The notes below the pieces were generated by a model that saw nothing but the letters and a program-made list of their open reading frames with translations, was not told the DNA's origin and did no database searches. From Candidatus Multivorans sp. (GTDB taxonomy: Bacteria; Acidobacteriota; Thermoanaerobaculia; Multivoradales; Multivoraceae), in contig OZ245033.1 in NCBI GenBank assembly GCA_965224025.1, positions 3,744,001-3,808,000 of the forward strand: a stretch of DNA of 64,000 bases, read 5' to 3'. Made by a program: the position numbers and the translations under genes. Every line of letters starts with the position of its first letter. Position 1 is the first letter of the stretch. Positions 60,802 through 64,000 of this stretch are shown in pieces.

Positions 60802-62646
60802 ATGAACCGAGCCGTTTCCACACCTCGCGGACCACACCCGCTAGCCGTATGGGCGGCGGTTGCCGGCCTGTCGATCGCCCTCTCAGCGTTCGCTCCACGG
60901 AACGCTCAAGCGTGTAGCTGCGTAGACCCCGAACACTGGGGGTTCATCGGTCCCGAGAACGGGCGGCTGCCCGCCAATGCGGCCGGTGTGGTGTGGTTCA
61001 AGCCCAGGGTGTTCGACAGGCGATACGAACTCCAGCAACCTCCTTCCGGGCGGCGGGTCGCTGCGCGGATCAGGGTCGAGCAACGGGTGCAGAATCGGTT
61101 CGTGCGTGTGCCGGCGACCGCTCGGAGCGTCGACGGATTCCGGGGGATCTTCGTCGTCGCGCCGCGGGAAGGACTCGCTGTCGCGGCCACGTATCGATTC
61201 ACGGATCGAGGGTCGACTCTGCACGACGACCATCCGGAATGGGCGGACTCGCGACGTTTCTTGGGCAACGGGCCCCACCGTCAAGTTCAGGTCACCGTGG
61301 ACGCGGACCCACTCCCCGCGAACTCCTCGCTCGCTCTGAAGGCCGGACCCGCGGCTGCGGAGTTGATCAGCGTGGCCTCAGGGGGCGGCATGTGCTCAGT
61401 CCGCGGACAGCCTGTTCCACACGTTTCGATCGAGGCCGGACTGGCTCCAGAGGTTCGGGAGTGGCGCGGGCAGCTTCTCTTTCGAACCCTCGTTGACGAT
61501 GAACCCTGGGCAGGCGCCGAGTCTCTCTGCTCGCTTTACCCAAGCGGACGGAGTTGGCGCCAAATCGCGACCGACAAGGTGTACAGCACGTGCCAGGACC
61601 TCGATGCACGCGGTGAGGCCCCGATCGCCTTCCGCGAACCGAGAGGCCGGTTCCGTGAGCTGGCGCCTACCAAACACAGCGTGAAGATGAAGGCCTTTCT
61701 GCCCGGAACGGACATCGTGCTGGAGAGCGAAGCCCTGACAGTCGACCTGAGTTGCCCTCGGGCGGCTGTAGCGACGTGGATCGACGCTGCCTGGTTCGGC
61801 ATGGGTGCCAGCCATCAACTATGCGAGTGTCCCGGCCCGCTCTACACGACGGGGTTCATCGGTCCAGCAGACGTGCGGCTGCCAGCCAACGCCGCCGGCG
61901 TGCTCTGGCTCCAAGCAACGGAGTGGCAGAGCGCCGAATCGGACAGACCGGATCCCCAGGAAGTGGTCAGATCACGCATCTCCGTGAGAATGCTGGGCAA
62001 GCAAGGCGAGGGCGTCGCGTTGGCGACCATCGCCAAGGCTGTGCCAGACACTTCAGGAGTGTTCGTCGTCGCCCCCGAGGGCGGATTCGTGCCCGGTGCA
62101 CGGTACTTCTTCGTCGACCGCGAACACAACGGTGAATGGTGGCGACCGGGGAACGACCCCTGGGACCTCCGAAAGGGCGTCATCGCGACGATCGACAACC
62201 TGGAGCTTTCCGTCGAAACAACGCTCACCCTGCACAGCACGCCGACAATCGTTGGGACGCTCCGTATTGCTTCAACCTTTCGGTGCGGCAACGTGGAACG
62301 CTTGCCGCACGTTCAGATCGAAGCGCGGCTCGGGGGGAACGGCCAACGGTGGCGGAATCAACTGCTGTATCGAACGTTCGTCGATGGCGAAGGCTGGTAC
62401 GGGGCCAGCAGCACGTGCGCGGGAGAACTACATGTGCTTGGGGCCGCCGGGGCCACTGTAGGCCATGACGTTCTCTACGGCCGGTGCCCAGGAGAGAAGT
62501 CGCCCGAGGACGTCTACTATTGGTTCCCCCCGCTCGAGCCGGCTGCGCACCAAGTCAAGATGCAGGCGTTCCTTCCCGGCACCGACATCGTGCTCGAGAC
62601 CAAGACGGTAACGGTGGACCTGAGCTGCCCCGCGACTGACGAGTGA
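60802..62646 (+). CDS. Secreted Cys-rich hypothetical protein made of two homologous ~290-aa units
   Basis: Signal peptide ending AQA-CSC. Each unit has GFIGP...RLPANAAGV, W..QLL.RT.VD and VKM.AFLPGTDIVLE....VDLSCP. Confidence 0.7.
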   Translation: MNRAVSTPRGPHPLAVWAAVAGLSIALSAFAPRNAQACSCVDPEHWGFIGPENGRLPANAAGVVWFKPRVFDRRYELQQPPSGRRVAARIRVEQRVQNRFVRVPATARSVDGFRGIFVVAPREGLAVAATYRFTDRGSTLHDDHPEWADSRRFLGNGPHRQVQVTVDADPLPANSSLALKAGPAAAELISVASGGGMCSVRGQPVPHVSIEAGLAPEVREWRGQLLFRTLVDDEPWAGAESLCSLYPSGRSWRQIATDKVYSTCQDLDARGEAPIAFREPRGRFRELAPTKHSVKMKAFLPGTDIVLESEALTVDLSCPRAAVATWIDAAWFGMGASHQLCECPGPLYTTGFIGPADVRLPANAAGVLWLQATEWQSAESDRPDPQEVVRSRISVRMLGKQGEGVALATIAKAVPDTSGVFVVAPEGGFVPGARYFFVDREHNGEWWRPGNDPWDLRKGVIATIDNLELSVETTLTLHSTPTIVGTLRIASTFRCGNVERLPHVQIEARLGGNGQRWRNQLLYRTFVDGEGWYGASSTCAGELHVLGAAGATVGHDVLYGRCPGEKSPEDVYYWFPPLEPAAHQVKMQAFLPGTDIVLETKTVTVDLSCPATDE

Positions 62647-63544
62647 GCGAAGCGGCTCCCTACCGAAGAGCGCCTGGTCGCCTCTGCGTATGGACCGCCG
62701 CAGCAGGGCTGTCAATCGCTCTCTTCACAATCGCCGCTCCGGCGGCCAATGCCTGCCTGTGCAAGCAACTGGAAGACTGGGGCTTCCTTGCGCCGCAAAC
62801 CGGGCGCTTACCGGTCAACGCCGCTGGCGTCGCGCGGTACATGCCCGGCGAGTCCCTTTCCGGGGAGGAGATCCTGGCCCAAGTCTCGGTAGAGGCAAAG
62901 CAGGATGGCGTCTTTCAGGAAGTGCCGGCAACAGCAAGGGGCGTTCCAGGCTTCCCGGGCATCTTCGCCATCGGGCCCAAGGGCGGCTTGAAGGCCGGAG
63001 CGACCTACCGCTTCACAGACCGCAGGGATTGACGGCACGGAGTTCCCGCACAGGTGCTCGCGACGATCGACAGCGCCTCGTTGGCGCCGGCAACGCCGCT
63101 AGTCCTGGAGGTCTGGCCGCTCTACTCCGAGACGATCCCGGTGGCTTCCGGCGGCGGGATGTGTTGGGTGGCGCATGGGTCGCCCAGGCGCTGATCGAAA
63201 CCACTCTGCCCGAAGGCGCCGCCCTATGGCGGGATCAACTCCTGTACCGAACGTTGGTCGACGGTGAGGCGTGGTACGGCAAGGAGTCTCTCTGCGACAA
63301 CTACGCGCCGGGACGAAGCTGGAAGGAGATCGGCGAGGACCTTGTCTACGGCGCGTGTCCTGACCCGTCCGGCGCCAGCCACGGTGACGAGGGGTACGCC
63401 TACGGAGAAAACCGGCGCCCACGCCAACTCGAACCCACCCTCCATACCGTCAAGATGCAGGCATTTCTGCCCGGCACCGACATCGTGCTGGAGACGGAGG
63501 CGCTCACCGTGGACCTGAGTTGTCCCGGTCCCGTGGAGGAGTAG
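62643..63544 (+). pseudogene. Third copy of the same unit, with premature TGA (63030-63032) and frameshift (~63165)
   Basis: ANA-CLC...WGFLAP...LPVNAAGV; homology continues in frame past the TGA (QVLATID...VASGGGMC), then shifts to WRDQLLYRTLVD...VDLSCP. Confidence 0.7.
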
Positions 63545-63657
63545 CTCCTTCGCACGAGTGATCAGCGCGACGCCACGGTCACCAACGAGGGCCGACCGGG
63601 CTCACCGCCGATCGGCCCAGGCTGAACGACACGGTCCACGGTCTCCGCCGCCGCACC

Positions 63658-64000
63658 ATGGGACGTAGACTCGCGGTCATGAGACGTCTACTCCGCTGCC
63701 CCAGTCCTTCGTTCAAGCTCGCTGGCACCCTGCCCAACCGGTTCCCCGAACCGGCTCGCCGCCTGTGCGTGCTTCTACCAGCCCTTGCCTCGTTCCTGGT
63801 CGCCCTCGCCGCCGCCCCGGCCCCGGCCGTCGCCGACGACGACGAGGCGAAGTGGGACGTGAACGACCCTCCCGGCGACGAGTACGAGTTCGAGCTCGAT
63901 GTGACCGAGGGCACCTGGATGAGTCTCGATCTGTCACCGGACGGCGAGCGGATCGCATTCGACCTGCTCGGCGACCTCTACCTGCTGCCGATCGGCGGCG
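63658..64000 (+). CDS. N-terminus of a secreted TolB/WD40-propeller (amidohydrolase-fused type) protein, runs off the window
   Basis: Manual translation: signal peptide, then KWDV...EGTWMSLDLSPDGERIAFDLLGDLYLLPIGG. Start uncertain. Confidence 0.75.
   Translation, partial: MGRRLAVMRRLLRCPSPSFKLAGTLPNRFPEPARRLCVLLPALASFLVALAAAPAPAVADDDEAKWDVNDPPGDEYEFELDVTEGTWMSLDLSPDGERIAFDLLGDLYLLPIGG

Noticed and set aside
63030-63032. In-frame TGA as a second selenocysteine
   Set aside because: It does not align with a Cys in the paralogous units, and a frameshift follows, so this is a pseudogene.

Overview
GC-rich bacterial chromosomal window; by inference an Acidobacteriota (Thermoanaerobaculia-like) genome, based on the C-terminal repeat domain of two secreted proteases. 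I found no rRNA, tRNA, CRISPR array, integrase or transposase. Main content, in order: an ABC/HlyD exporter; a partner-switching signalling operon (STAS, REC-PP2C, RsbW-like kinase, periplasmic binding protein, histidine kinase); and a parallel beta-helix/diheme cytochrome pair. The most interesting part is a ~19 kb respiratory locus. It has alternative complex III subunits ActA, ActB and ActE but no ActC/D/F. In their place are a CydA-like (bd-like) membrane protein with no CydB and three membrane-anchored c-type cytochromes, with a divergent SCO gene. Downstream is a putative maturation module (USP fusion, Mrp, Cys-motif protein, AhbD/NirJ-like radical SAM, FGE-like protein) that carries five copies of the small PCP_red domain. 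Also present: a hidden selenoprotein peroxiredoxin-like gene (UxxC with SECIS-like hairpin); two M12 metalloproteases ending in a duplicated uncharacterised domain; a tandem array of an unknown Cys-rich secreted protein family; cyanobacterial-type gshA; metG, glyA and rpmB; REP-like palindromes; and several internally collapsed pseudogenes. All family calls are by-eye motif recognition; no database searches were run.
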